Positions 1-9,545 of a stretch of DNA of 64,000 nt are shown one piece after another (positions within the stretch are counted from its first letter, which is position 1; each line of letters opens with the position of its first letter). The stretch comes from Pelagomonas calceolata (Eukaryota). The stretch lies in assembly GCA_918797485.1 (NCBI GenBank), contig CAKKNE010000006.1, forward strand, positions 1,178,001-1,242,000. The letters are read 5' to 3'. The notes below the pieces were generated by a model. The model made no database searches. It was not told the DNA's origin and saw only the letters and a program-made list of their open reading frames with translations. The translations under genes and the position numbers were made by a program.

Positions 1-469
1 CCGCAATATGAATGCCGAGGACCGTTCTCCCATTCTCCTCATGGATTGACAGGGCGTCATCTACATCTCTGGTGGAGGCATTATCAATGGACATGCAGTG
101 CAAGTGGCGGCAGTCCCTCCGATCATCTGGGTCAGACAAGGCCCAGGGCTGTGCCGGATACCGGCAGGGCTTCACGCGGAAATGCAGTTGAAAGGCTAAC
201 AGTTCCGTAGCGTGGTCGCCGACCGGTCCTAAAATTTCGATGAGATCCGCATACCGTGCGCCCTTGACGTCGTCATCATTCTCTCTTAATTTAACTTTGG
301 CCCACTGGTTGAGCTTCGTTGGCGTCTTGCAGGTCACGATGTATTTGACGCCTCCGCCGTACAGTAAAGTGGCGGGCACGCCGTCCGTACCATAACGGTT
401 GCGGTCGTCGAATTTTAATATCGCTACTCTATCTGGTCCCGGCGGCTGCGGTGGCAGGGGGTGCTGCAT
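1..469 (-). CDS. RNase II/R (RNB-domain) exoribonuclease, 5' part; runs off the window start
   Basis: Manual translation from ATG 469 is open to base 1 and ends ...RRDCRHLHCMSIDNASTRDVDDALSIHEENGRTVLGIHIA, matching the RNB catalytic motif (SID..x.D.DDALS...GVHIAD). In-frame TAG upstream at 569-571. Absent from the ORF track. Confidence 0.8.
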   Translation of the reverse strand, partial: MQHPLPPQPPGPDRVAILKFDDRNRYGTDGVPATLLYGGGVKYIVTCKTPTKLNQWAKVKLRENDDDVKGARYADLIEILGPVGDHATELLAFQLHFRVKPCRYPAQPWALSDPDDRRDCRHLHCMSIDNASTRDVDDALSIHEENGRTVLGIHIA

Positions 470-668
470 GGCTGCGCGCGCCTGCTGCTGCGGGTCAGCA
501 GCCTTGCTGGCCTTTGTGGTGGGCGCTTTGCGGTGGCTTTTGCGGCCGAAGCGCTGCGCGCGCGTTGTCTACGATGCGTTTGCAGTAATTACTGTGCGCG
601 CCGTGCAATGCGCGCGCGATGCAGCGCGTTTGACTCGAATCGCGCCTTACCTAAAGCCTTAGATGATA

Positions 669-676
669 GACACTAG
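669..676 (+). promoter_or_regulatory. Degenerate copy (right half only, GACACTAG) of the recurrent promoter motif
   Basis: GATAGACACTAG in the divergent gap between the RNB and AAA genes. Confidence 0.35.
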
Positions 677-1006
677 ACTATCCCACGCCTGCGATTTACA
701 GCGATTTTTCCCACAGTCGTGGTTGCACGAGTGTTGCGACTGGTTGATAGATAGAAACCTCTGTTTTACAAATTTGATCTCGATGACGCCGCGTGCTGGA
801 TTCGACGCCGTAGTCACGCCCGTGGCCAGCATTCGTGCTGTCTGGTAGCTCGAGACATCTATTTGTTGTCTCCCTTCAGTGCCGTTGCGCGTGCGTGATT
901 ACATTTGAGCTGTACGGCAGCAGAGCGACAGCAGCCTGCAGTCCCCATTCACAGCAGCCATAAGCGACGCCGATCGCATCGCGGCGTCGACGAAGCAGCC
1001 GCAGCC

Positions 1007-2614
1007 ATGGCACGCCTGCTCGCACTCCTCGCCACGACCACGGCATGGCAATCACCGCAGCAGCTAAGGCAGCCGACACGCTTGTACCGCATAAAAAACT
1101 CCGCCTCCGTCGGAGCAGAAGCACCCGTAGCGCCCAAAATAAGGTACACGAAGCCCGACTTAAGTAGCGCCACGGACACTTTTAGTGCATTAGCAAGGAT
1201 GTGCGGCGTCACTAGTAATGTGCAGGACGCTACCCTCGACTTCCAGGGCTTCTCCCTAGCTTTTGAGCAATTGTACAACGACAACGTCGCGCTGGAGGAG
1301 GGCCAACTGTCAGAACTACGACGGGAACTCTCAATAAATTCAGATGATGATCCGGTCTCGTTACACGACTGGGGCCCGTTCCACGCGGCCTACATGAAGC
1401 GGAGCGGCATGGCCTCCGTCCTCTCGATGCAGGCTACTCAAAAACAAAAGGAGAAAGATAACGAAGATGCATTGCGATTGCTACGAGACCAGCACGCCCA
1501 GCGCGAGAAGGACTGGGCCCAGGAGCTCCAAAAGGCGAAGATGGACCAGGCGGCCCGGAGTATGTCCAAGGCCAAGCTCCTGTCCAAGGACATGGAGGCC
1601 GAGAAGAAGTCTAGGGGGAAGTACTTCGAGGCTAGGGAGAGTGCGGCCAAAGCCGCGGCGCAGTATAGAAGCCTAGAACCGGGCCGGTGGGACGAAGTTG
1701 TCTCAGATGTCGGTGGCATGCGTAAGGCACTGGAGGAGATTCGACGACGGGTCTGGACGCCGTTGTGTGCGCCTACTGCTTTACTTGATGAGCTCGGTGC
1801 CGAAAGGTTGAAGGGTGTGCTGTTGTACGGTCCGCCCGGATGTGGTAAAAGTTACTTGGCCAAACGGTTAGCGAAATCTCTCTCGAGGAGGCCGGCGACG
1901 GTCGTCAGCGGCCCGGAGATCATCGACAAGTACGTCGGATCATCAGAAGCGCAACTCAGGGATTTATTCGCGTCCCCACCTTTGGTGCCACCGCGACCGG
2001 GCGACGCCGAGGACGTCGCGCAGATCGCGGAGAACAACGAACTCCATGTCGTCGTGTTGGATGAATTCGACGCGATAGCTCGCGTGCGCTCCGACGGGAA
2101 GAAGTCTGATACCGCTACGAGAGACAGTGTAGTGAACCAGTTGCTGGTGCTCATGGACGGCATCGCGGCCATGCCCGTGCCGACGTTCGTCTTAGCTTTG
2201 ACGAATCGGAGGGAATTGATCGATGGTGCTATACTACGACCCGGTCGGCTGGAGGCCCATGTGGAAGTACCATTACCTGATTTAAGTGGGAGGGGTCAAA
2301 TCCTCAAAATCCACGCCGAAAAGATGCGCCAGTCGGGCCGGCTGCGGCTGGACGACCACGACCCCTTCCAGGACGGCTGCACGCTGCAGGCCGTCGACGA
2401 GTCGACGTACTCCGAGTGGGTTTCTTCAGTTGCTTTGAAGACCGAGGGCTTCAGCGGCGCGTCGATGGCGGCCGTCGTGCGCGCTGCGGTCGCTAGGGCC
2501 TTGTCGCGAAGCGTGGAGGCCGACGACGTCTTTGCGTGCGCGGTCACTTCCGTAGATTTCGACGACGCCGTCGAGGACGTGAGGCGGTCGCAGATGCCAG
2601 TGCTGGAGGACTAA
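1007..2614 (+). CDS. NSF/Sec18-like AAA+ ATPase with N-terminal signal/plastid-type presequence
   Basis: Walker A GPPGCGKS, Walker B LHVVVLDEFDAI, DSVVNQLL..MDG and LRPGRLE as in the NSF D1 domain. Likely start MARLLALLATTTAW at 1007. Confidence 0.75.
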   Translation: MARLLALLATTTAWQSPQQLRQPTRLYRIKNSASVGAEAPVAPKIRYTKPDLSSATDTFSALARMCGVTSNVQDATLDFQGFSLAFEQLYNDNVALEEGQLSELRRELSINSDDDPVSLHDWGPFHAAYMKRSGMASVLSMQATQKQKEKDNEDALRLLRDQHAQREKDWAQELQKAKMDQAARSMSKAKLLSKDMEAEKKSRGKYFEARESAAKAAAQYRSLEPGRWDEVVSDVGGMRKALEEIRRRVWTPLCAPTALLDELGAERLKGVLLYGPPGCGKSYLAKRLAKSLSRRPATVVSGPEIIDKYVGSSEAQLRDLFASPPLVPPRPGDAEDVAQIAENNELHVVVLDEFDAIARVRSDGKKSDTATRDSVVNQLLVLMDGIAAMPVPTFVLALTNRRELIDGAILRPGRLEAHVEVPLPDLSGRGQILKIHAEKMRQSGRLRLDDHDPFQDGCTLQAVDESTYSEWVSSVALKTEGFSGASMAAVVRAAVARALSRSVEADDVFACAVTSVDFDDAVEDVRRSQMPVLED

Positions 2615-2621
2615 CTAACAA

Positions 2622-2695
2622 GTATGAATTCCATCGACGCCATCGGCGCGAGTCTAAGGCAACACGTCGCGTCGATGGCGTAAGGGGGACGCCAG
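2622..2695 (+). repeat. Inverted-repeat element in the 3' UTR/convergent gap; possible GT-AG UTR intron
   Basis: ACGCCATCGGCGCGA (2637-2651) pairs with TCGCGTCGATGGCGT (2667-2681), the same core seen inside introner-like introns. Bounded by GT(2622) and CAG(2695). Confidence 0.45.
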
Positions 2696-2714
2696 GTGTC
2701 AACGACTAGTATTG

Positions 2715-3611
2715 TTAGGCCGCGTCCACGAGCTTGACGGGCGTCGCGTTCGGCATGATGTACTTGCCGTCAAATCCTAAATAGGTCTTGCCGTCGACCT
2801 GCTTGCCGTTGCCCGTCAGGACACTGAGGGCGGCGCCGGCCATGGAGTGGCCGTAGATGATGACCTGCTTGGGCTTGCCGTCAGCACGTGAAGGCAGGCC
2901 GTTCACGGTCTCCGTCAGCGTCGTGAGCATGGCCCGCGTCCGGTGGAGCACCTCGACGAAGTTCTCGCCCGGGACGGTGTTGCCATTTGATGGGTCGACG
3001 TATAATCCACTTGATTTCACGACGGCGTTCTGGCCGAGGTAGAACAAGTGGCAGATGCTATCGGTAGGCATGTCCTTGACCATCATGTTGTCCCAATCTC
3101 CAAAACGCATCTCCGCGCAGGACTCCCAGGTCAGGACGCGATCTTGCGGGAACGTTTTTTTTCGTTCTAGGAAAGCTTTTCCGGTGTCCGCCGCCCGCGC
3201 CAGCGGCGACAAGACCACGAGGTCGGGGTCCAATCCTAAAGCCTCGAGCTTGTCCGCCGCGTCCTGGGCCTGCTGGAGGCCGACCTCATTGAGTGCGTTC
3301 GAGGGCTCATCCACATACCCCTGGTAGACTCGAGGTTCCGTGTTTCCTGTGGTTTTGCCGTGGCGGCAGTACCACAACTCAAAAGGTAGGGACGGGGCCT
3401 GGAACGCATCGGTGTAGGAGATCGTGCCGCTCGCGACGTCGAGGGCGAGACCTAGCGCGGCCGCCATCTCCTCGTAGCCTTGACAATTAACGGTGCCGGA
3501 CGCGAGCCACGCCGCGTAGTGCTGCTCCTGCTGCGGCTGGGCCGCCTTGATCGCGGCGTAGCGTTCTTCTAAGCCGTCCGCGACCTTCGGGCCGTTCCGG
3601 TAGGACGCCAT
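2715..3611 (-). CDS. Histidine-phosphatase-family mannitol-1-phosphatase (Eimeria-type His-M1Pase), putative
   Basis: RHG motif (RHGKTTGNTEPRVYQG), SPLARA, EMRFGDWDN, HLFYLGQNAVVK, YGHSMAGAA and GFDGKYIMPNATP match my recollection of apicomplexan-type M1Pase. Divergent from an M1PDH-like gene. Confidence 0.75.
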   Translation of the reverse strand: MASYRNGPKVADGLEERYAAIKAAQPQQEQHYAAWLASGTVNCQGYEEMAAALGLALDVASGTISYTDAFQAPSLPFELWYCRHGKTTGNTEPRVYQGYVDEPSNALNEVGLQQAQDAADKLEALGLDPDLVVLSPLARAADTGKAFLERKKTFPQDRVLTWESCAEMRFGDWDNMMVKDMPTDSICHLFYLGQNAVVKSSGLYVDPSNGNTVPGENFVEVLHRTRAMLTTLTETVNGLPSRADGKPKQVIIYGHSMAGAALSVLTGNGKQVDGKTYLGFDGKYIMPNATPVKLVDAA

Positions 3612-4069
3612 CGTCAGCGCGCGCGTGGTGTGGCCCGCCGCCGCCACCGCTGCGAGTACGAAAGGTCGCCTCGTCGTGCAGAGTCGCCGCCGCGTCGAGG
3701 CCGTGAACGCTGCGGTAGATGCACTGGTGGCTCCTCACAGGTGCAAAGCTGTGCTGCGCTCGCGCTGCCGTCGGGACCCTCGGAACCCGCCTGGGAGCGT
3801 ACGTAGACAAACACGAAGAGCGCTTCGCGAGCACTGCGATGCTACGCGCGGCTCAAGCAGCAATTTGAGGCTCAGCGGCAGCGTGCGTTTGTGGCCCCGA
3901 CTCATTGCGCTCTGAATACCGCCGCGGCGACGCGTCGGCTCACACACACGCGCTGATAGCGCTGCGAGACCGCTGTCGGCAGCAAAAAAAAAAGCGCTGC
4001 CGCCGCGCGCGCCGCTGCACAAGCAACCACAAGCACACACGTGAGCGCTGCCGCGCGACGCGAAGCGCC

Positions 4070-5869
4070 ATGTGCCCGCCGAGCGCCCCGAGCCCGCGGC
4101 TCGACCCGCCGCCGCCGCCGTCGCCTAGATTAGCCGAGGCCGTCACGGATGAATTAGATAAGGCCGCCGCGCGCGCCTACCGCCTCCAGTACCAGAGCTA
4201 CAGGAGAGGCTCGGCGACGGGTGTGATCGGCGAGGCCCCCGACGATCCCAGACGACAACTCGCCTTGGACGAAGACGAGGAAGACAGCGGCCACGCCTCG
4301 ACTTCGGAGGCTGCCGAGGTCGCGTTCAACGAGCTCTTGGAGTGGCGCCTCGAGTACCAGGCCTACCGCGCCGGCGCCGCCAAGGGCGCCAAAGGAAGAG
4401 CCTCCGGCAAGAAATGGCCGCTGGAGACGCTGCGGATGCTGCCCGTCGCTCGGTTGGCCGCGCACGTGCGGACGCAACGCAAACAGCTGGCCTCAGCCAA
4501 GTCGTGTATTCATGCGCATGTGGGTTGTGGGAGGTTAGGTCTTGGTCTAGTAGTGCCTTCGCTCGCGAAGGGCTGCGACAAAATTATTTTAGTGCAGCGG
4601 CCCTCGGCCGCGTGGACTCTGAACGAGAAGGTGCTGGAAGATGGTTCTCAAATCGCCTGCTGCGTCAATTCCCATAAAGTGCTGACGCTAGAGGTTTGTT
4701 CTGCTGCAGATGCGGACGTCGCCGAACGGCTCTCGAAATCAGAACACGGGCTCCTGTTACTTTCCACATCACAAAAACACATGGACGCCGTCGCATCGGT
4801 AGCGACGTCGAGTTCCGTATCCCTAGGACCGGCCCTCGCCAAAGGCCTAGAACCTCTAGCAGCGGCGCTGCGGAGGAAGGGCTCGTGCCTCGTTTGCTAC
4901 GCGGCGGAAAATGACCACGACGCGGTGGAAAGGTACGCGAAGACCGACGTGCCTTTCCGGCTCGTGCCTCTGTTGGTCGATCGGGTCTGCACGGGACGGG
5001 AGTTGACACAGAGTGAGACGGGGTATGTAGTTGATACAACTACAGAACCGTGGCGCGGGGAAATAGTCGTCATGCGCGGCGAGGACGACGTAGACGATGG
5101 CGGCGCGTTCCCCTTCGGCGGTGAAGGGGTGTATAGACCACCCTCAGCAGCTGCAGCCCAGTTCCTGCACCGGCGCAAAATACTAACCGTGAACGGGACG
5201 CATACGACGTTAGCATTTTTAACACTAGCGGCGAAGGAGCCGCCGCCCCACAAGGGTTTACCGAAAGGCGACTATGAATTGGTAAGGTGCATCGCCGACG
5301 AGAATGATGATGATTTCTTAGATGCGGAGGAGGCGTACCGCCAAGTTTGGTGCTTCGCGGTCGCGCGCCAACTGCTCTTATTGTTCGAGAGCGACGTCGA
5401 GGTCGCCGAGGCCGCTCTCGCGGAATGCGACGACGACGCTTCCTCAGAGGTGAAACGGGAAGCTCTAGTGGAGGCGCTCCTGTCGAACGCGCGGGCGGCC
5501 ATCGAGCGGTTGGGGCGGGGCGGCGATTTGACGTCAAGGGTCTTGGGTGCCGGCGTCGTCAAGCGCTACGAGGGCCGTTTATTACCTGTCGCCAAGTTTC
5601 TCGAATGCGCGGCGTTGGCGCGAAGCTTCATGAAGACGCCGCTCGCGCGTCTTTTGTTGAGGAAGGCGAGGCTCACGGAAACCACTTTGAGATTAACGGT
5701 GCTGGGCCTGACGGCCGACGCCGCTAGATTCGCCGAAAAAACGCCGGACACGTCGACCCCCAAAACGCCGCCCCAGTCGCCGCGAAAAGCACCAAAGCCG
5801 CCGACGCCGCTCTCCGCGAAGCGGCGCATCCAGTCCTCGACAAACCTCTTCGGGATGGTCCCCCGGTGA
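4070..5869 (+). CDS. Mannitol-1-phosphate dehydrogenase-like (polyol-specific long-chain dehydrogenase)
   Basis: Rossmann motif HVGCGRLGLG, AEND, LVDRVC and catalytic K..(x)N..H motif RRKILTVNGTH. N-terminal extension carries a duplicated YRLQYQSYRRG/WRLEYQAYRAG motif. Confidence 0.7.
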   Translation: MCPPSAPSPRLDPPPPPSPRLAEAVTDELDKAAARAYRLQYQSYRRGSATGVIGEAPDDPRRQLALDEDEEDSGHASTSEAAEVAFNELLEWRLEYQAYRAGAAKGAKGRASGKKWPLETLRMLPVARLAAHVRTQRKQLASAKSCIHAHVGCGRLGLGLVVPSLAKGCDKIILVQRPSAAWTLNEKVLEDGSQIACCVNSHKVLTLEVCSAADADVAERLSKSEHGLLLLSTSQKHMDAVASVATSSSVSLGPALAKGLEPLAAALRRKGSCLVCYAAENDHDAVERYAKTDVPFRLVPLLVDRVCTGRELTQSETGYVVDTTTEPWRGEIVVMRGEDDVDDGGAFPFGGEGVYRPPSAAAAQFLHRRKILTVNGTHTTLAFLTLAAKEPPPHKGLPKGDYELVRCIADENDDDFLDAEEAYRQVWCFAVARQLLLLFESDVEVAEAALAECDDDASSEVKREALVEALLSNARAAIERLGRGGDLTSRVLGAGVVKRYEGRLLPVAKFLECAALARSFMKTPLARLLLRKARLTETTLRLTVLGLTADAARFAEKTPDTSTPKTPPQSPRKAPKPPTPLSAKRRIQSSTNLFGMVPR

Positions 5870-5917
5870 GCGCGCGAGCGCTCCCCTTGTAATATACATA
5901 TGTTTTAAAAGGACTGA

Positions 5918-5980
5918 CGGGGGCGCGAGTCGGGAGCGGTACGTACGCAGACGTACCGCCCCGTCACGGGGCGCCTCGCC
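5918..5980 (-). promoter_or_regulatory. SECIS-like element in the 3' UTR of the Rdx-like selenoprotein
   Basis: Minus strand GUGAC-GGGGCGGUACGU-CUGCGU-ACGUACCGCUCC-CGAC: GA/GA core, 12-bp helix II, lower helix GGCGC/GCGCC. Confidence 0.7.
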
Positions 5981-5985
5981 ACCAA

Positions 5986-6327
5986 TTAGTCCTCTAAATC
6001 TTCTTTGAGCATCTCGAGCCGCTCCAAAATCTTCGGCGCCGCGGGCCACCGGTACTTCGAGAAGAGGTCGCGCTGCTTGACGGCGATGACCGTCGTGGCG
6101 TTGTGCTTGATGATGACCTGGCCGAGCGACGACGAGCCTTGCGTTTTCACCTCGGCGCCGGGGAAGACGCGCGTGATGAGCTCCACGGCCTTGCGGCGCT
6201 CCTGGTCCCCGCCGTCTCAGTTGTACCCGTATTCCACAGTGAACGAGGGCATGCTGGAAGCGGTGCCCGAGGAGGCCACCGGCGCGTCGCTTTGCTGGGG
6301 ACTTGGGGAGGACAGGAGCTGCCCCAT
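5986..6327 (-). CDS. Small Rdx/SelW-like selenoprotein (in-frame UGA at 6217-6219 read as Sec)
   Basis: ATG 6327, MGQLLSS...FTVEYGYN-U-DGGDQERRKAVELITRVFPGAEV...EDLED, TAA 5986-5988. The TGA is in frame with both segments, and a SECIS-like hairpin follows immediately. Confidence 0.7.
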
Positions 6328-6466
6328 GCACCACGCAGTCTCAGGCTGCGTGTATGCCCTAAGCTCTGAACGCTGGCTGTCCTGCCGGTCCCGACACGCC
6401 TAATACGCACGAAACGACGGCGCTTTCAATCACAATCGTCAGCGCCCCCAAGGTTTTGTGCACTTC

Positions 6467-6489
6467 CTAGTGTCTTACACGACGCTAGC
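6467..6489 (-). promoter_or_regulatory. Recurrent promoter motif copy
   Basis: CTAGTGTCTTACACGACGCTAGC in a divergent gap. Confidence 0.7.
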
Positions 6490-6628
6490 TTGGGCTTCGG
6501 CGCCGCGCGCAGGGGCCGTACTGCTCTGGAGAGGAGACGCGCAGAGTTCGCATACGGGGCGTATCTGTCGCCGCGACCACGTTTCCGCACGCGTTCGGCA
6601 GGGCAGCCCGCCCCAGAGCAGCCGAACC

Positions 6629-7234
6629 ATGCTCCGCCTCGCGGTGCTCGCAGCGCTCGTGTACGCGGACGAGGAATTGCGTTTACGCGTGAACATTCCA
6701 GTCATCGACGAAGCGACGATGCACGAGCGCGCCTTTGCGGACGTCGATGCAACGGGCGACGTCCGCGAGGTCGAGCTCGTCGTCCCAAAGGGCGCGGAGC
6801 CCGAGGGCGCGGCCTTGAAACTGTGCCTGAAGGAGGTGGGGCCCGGCGCCGGCTTGGTGGACTGCGTCGTGCAGCTCGCAAGTCACGCGACGGTCGAGCG
6901 GATTCTGCGGCGGACGCCTGAGGACGAGCCCCTTCCGTCACTGTCGCTGAATGTCGAGGGCGACGTCGGGACCTTCGAGCATGCGGAAGGGGCGGATTTC
7001 GGGGAGGAGGCGCTCTCATTTTGTTCTCGCGTCGTCCGGGAAGACCGATCGAAGTCAATCGTGAAAAACTGCGCTCGAAACCTCAAGGCGCAAGCGCGAC
7101 GCAAGGTGACGCAATTATTGGTCGACGAGCAGACGGACGAGAGACGGAAGGCCATCGAACAGGCCGTGGACGCGTCCCTATCCTCTAATCCCGACAAGTG
7201 GAAGAAGGCTCGACGACGACGTAAGGACCGTTAA
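6629..7234 (+). CDS. Hypothetical secreted protein
   Basis: Signal-peptide-like MLRLAVLAALVYA, GC3-rich codons, internally duplicated ~70-aa unit with conserved Cys pairs. Confidence 0.6.
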   Translation: MLRLAVLAALVYADEELRLRVNIPVIDEATMHERAFADVDATGDVREVELVVPKGAEPEGAALKLCLKEVGPGAGLVDCVVQLASHATVERILRRTPEDEPLPSLSLNVEGDVGTFEHAEGADFGEEALSFCSRVVREDRSKSIVKNCARNLKAQARRKVTQLLVDEQTDERRKAIEQAVDASLSSNPDKWKKARRRRKDR

Positions 7235-7238
7235 GCAC

Positions 7239-7682
7239 CTACATCCCCGCGCCGCCCAACCCGACGGACGCATACAACGCCTGCATCTTCTCGTTCATCG
7301 CCGCGAGGCTCTTGGCCTGCGCGTCGGCCATGGCCTCCGAGAAGGCCTTGGACAGGTCCTCGGCGGACTTGCCGTCGAAGCCTGGCGCCGCCGCGCTCAC
7401 GGGCTGCTGCTGGCCGTTCATCTTGAAGGTCACGGCGCCGTCCGCGCTCGCGCCCTCGAACTCGGCCGCGGCGAGCTCGGTCTGCAGCTCCTGCGACTTC
7501 TTGGCGATCTCCTGCGCCTTCTTGAACTGGTCCATGACGCCGGCGACGTTGCCGAGCGCGCCGCCGCCGCCGCCCTCCTTCTTGCCTCCAAATAAATGGT
7601 GTCGCGTGAGTGTTTGTGGTGCCGGGGCCGGTGCCATGAAGGCGGCCGCGCCGGGCAGCAAGAGGGAGAGCACGCGGACCAT
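7239..7682 (-). CDS. YbaB/EbfC-family protein, plastid-targeted
   Basis: Signal + AAAF presequence; FKKAQEI..KSQELQ.EL....FEGAS.DGAV...MNGQQQP typical of YbaB/EbfC. Confidence 0.8.
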   Translation of the reverse strand: MVRVLSLLLPGAAAFMAPAPAPQTLTRHHLFGGKKEGGGGGALGNVAGVMDQFKKAQEIAKKSQELQTELAAAEFEGASADGAVTFKMNGQQQPVSAAAPGFDGKSAEDLSKAFSEAMADAQAKSLAAMNEKMQALYASVGLGGAGM

Positions 7683-7855
7683 GGTGCTCTCTCAATCAGG
7701 GAGAGCTATGCAACCGCAAGGTGCCAACGAAGCTCGCTGTAATGCAACGTCTGCGACCGCAGCGATGCCTGAAACTGCAGCGGATAAAAGGCGCGCGCCC
7801 TGCCAATCCCTCGATCGAGAGAGCTGCACACACAAGCTAAGCCTGCAAGTCTGCA

Positions 7856-7874
7856 GCTAGATAGAGGCACTAGC
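7856..7874 (+). promoter_or_regulatory. Degenerate promoter motif copy
   Basis: GCTAGATAGAGGCACTAGC in a divergent gap. Confidence 0.45.
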
Positions 7875-8189
7875 TTTTTTTAGACCCGTAAATACGTCGA
7901 AAAGAATGATCAAACGAGCTCTCCGATGTTTCGCGGCGCCCGGCGTCGAGCAAGCAACGACAAGGCCAACGCAAAGCCGGTGCGAAACGCCGTGCAGACA
8001 CCCGCTGAAGCAGATAGCGCATTTGGGGTAGCATCGCTCCTAGAGAACAACGTTTGCTCGGACTGCGCCGCGAAACCGCGCTCACACCTCGGCAAAAAAC
8101 CCAGTTTTGCCCCAAGCTGCCAACACTCGCAGCTCGTATAGCTGCGAAGACGCCGTCGCCGCGCCGTCCCCGAGCCTCAGACCAAAAAG

Positions 8190-9410
8190 ATGGCCGCAGA
8201 AGCCCCCATCGCCGCGCAGCCGATGGAAGGCGACGCGACATTAGCGCACACGACGTTCACGCCCATCCAAGAACAGCGCCCATCCCCGGCGTCCGAGGAC
8301 CAGGGCTGCGCGAACAATTGTCTGATCTCCACGGCGCTGGCGGGCATCCTCTGCTCGAAGCGGTGCGACGTGGGAAGGGTCGTCGCGGATTTTGCGTTTT
8401 TCCCCCCGGACCCTCCAACTTATTCGGTACCGACAGAAGACGACGACATACAACGCATCGACTTCAACTACCGGGAATTGGATTGTGACCCGGCGTACGC
8501 GTCCTTGCGACGGACGGACGGTGTTGCGGGGCGGTGTTCCGGCCGGTTGCTCACGACGAAGCGAGGATCGCGGACGCCGTGTTTTTATTTTGCTAGACCT
8601 GGGGCAGATGCTTGTTTGCTCTACCTACATGCGAATGCTACCGATTGCGGCGCGATGCTGCCGACCTATGCGGCCTTTTCTCGTCGATTGGATGTCCACG
8701 TCCTCGCCGGCGAGTATTCGGGGTATGGCCCGGCGACGAAGTCCGCGACGCCTCGGAACGTGGAAGCCGACGCCGAGGCTTTATATGATGAGGCTCTGCG
8801 GTTGGGGTTTGCGGCAGATCAGTTGATACTGTACGGCCAGTCCGTCGGGAGCGGACCGGCGTGCTATTTGGCGGCCCGTAGACCATGTAGAGGAGTGGTC
8901 CTCCACTCCCCAATAGCGTCGGGCATTAGAGCATTGGTGGCCCCGGGCTGCTGCTCGCCGGTCTATGTGTACGGGTGTCTGGACCCCTTCAACAACGCGC
9001 GCGAGGCGAAAAGGATTAAAGCGCCCGTCTACGTCGTCCACGGCACGAGAGATGATGAAGTGCCCATCGAGCACGGCAAGATGATCGTCGCGAACGCTCA
9101 GCAGGCGCACGAGCCCTTCTGGGTCGCGGGCGCCGGGCACAACGACCTGTTGGAGGTCGCCGGTGATGCTTTTTTTGTGAGATTGAAGGCGTTCTTGCTC
9201 GCGGTTGGTAAAAAGGACGACTTCGCCGTCGGCACGCGGCAACGACGGCGTATTACTGGATTGACGGCGCGGCCGGAGCTCAACGGGGCGCTCGTCGACG
9301 TCGTGACGGTCGAGTCGGCGCAGCGCGTCCGCGTGCGCCTCGTGGCGGAGCCTCATACGGAGTTCGCGGTCAAGCGGGAGAACCTCGAGGACGTCGCCGG
9401 TGGCTCCTGA
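8190..9410 (+). CDS. ABHD17-like alpha/beta hydrolase (protein depalmitoylase family)
   Basis: N-terminal Cys cluster, FAFFPP, YSGYG, nucleophile GQSVG, HGTRDDEV, GAGHND. Confidence 0.8.
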   Translation: MAAEAPIAAQPMEGDATLAHTTFTPIQEQRPSPASEDQGCANNCLISTALAGILCSKRCDVGRVVADFAFFPPDPPTYSVPTEDDDIQRIDFNYRELDCDPAYASLRRTDGVAGRCSGRLLTTKRGSRTPCFYFARPGADACLLYLHANATDCGAMLPTYAAFSRRLDVHVLAGEYSGYGPATKSATPRNVEADAEALYDEALRLGFAADQLILYGQSVGSGPACYLAARRPCRGVVLHSPIASGIRALVAPGCCSPVYVYGCLDPFNNAREAKRIKAPVYVVHGTRDDEVPIEHGKMIVANAQQAHEPFWVAGAGHNDLLEVAGDAFFVRLKAFLLAVGKKDDFAVGTRQRRRITGLTARPELNGALVDVVTVESAQRVRVRLVAEPHTEFAVKRENLEDVAGGS

Positions 9411-9429
9411 CCGTCAGCACGACGCTATG

Positions 9430-9484
9430 GTACGTCACCTCGACGCCATCGAGCCGTCGATGGCGTCAAGCAGACGACCGACAG
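9430..9484 (+). repeat. Hairpin element after the hydrolase stop; probable 3'-UTR intron
   Basis: GTACGT donor at 9430, perfect 11-bp hairpin GACGCCATCGA-GCCG-TCGATGGCGTC (9442-9467), CAG at 9482-9484. Confidence 0.45.
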
Positions 9485-9545
9485 TGCGCTCCGCCGCCGC
9501 TTCTTAGATTAGTATTGTGTGTTTAAGTTTAAGTTACAACAGTCG

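Noticed and set aside
3650..3747. Possible TIR-like 5'-UTR intron upstream of the M1Pase (minus strand CTGTGAG...CTCGCAG)
   Set aside because: Short, weak terminal match and no TSD; not supportable from sequence alone.
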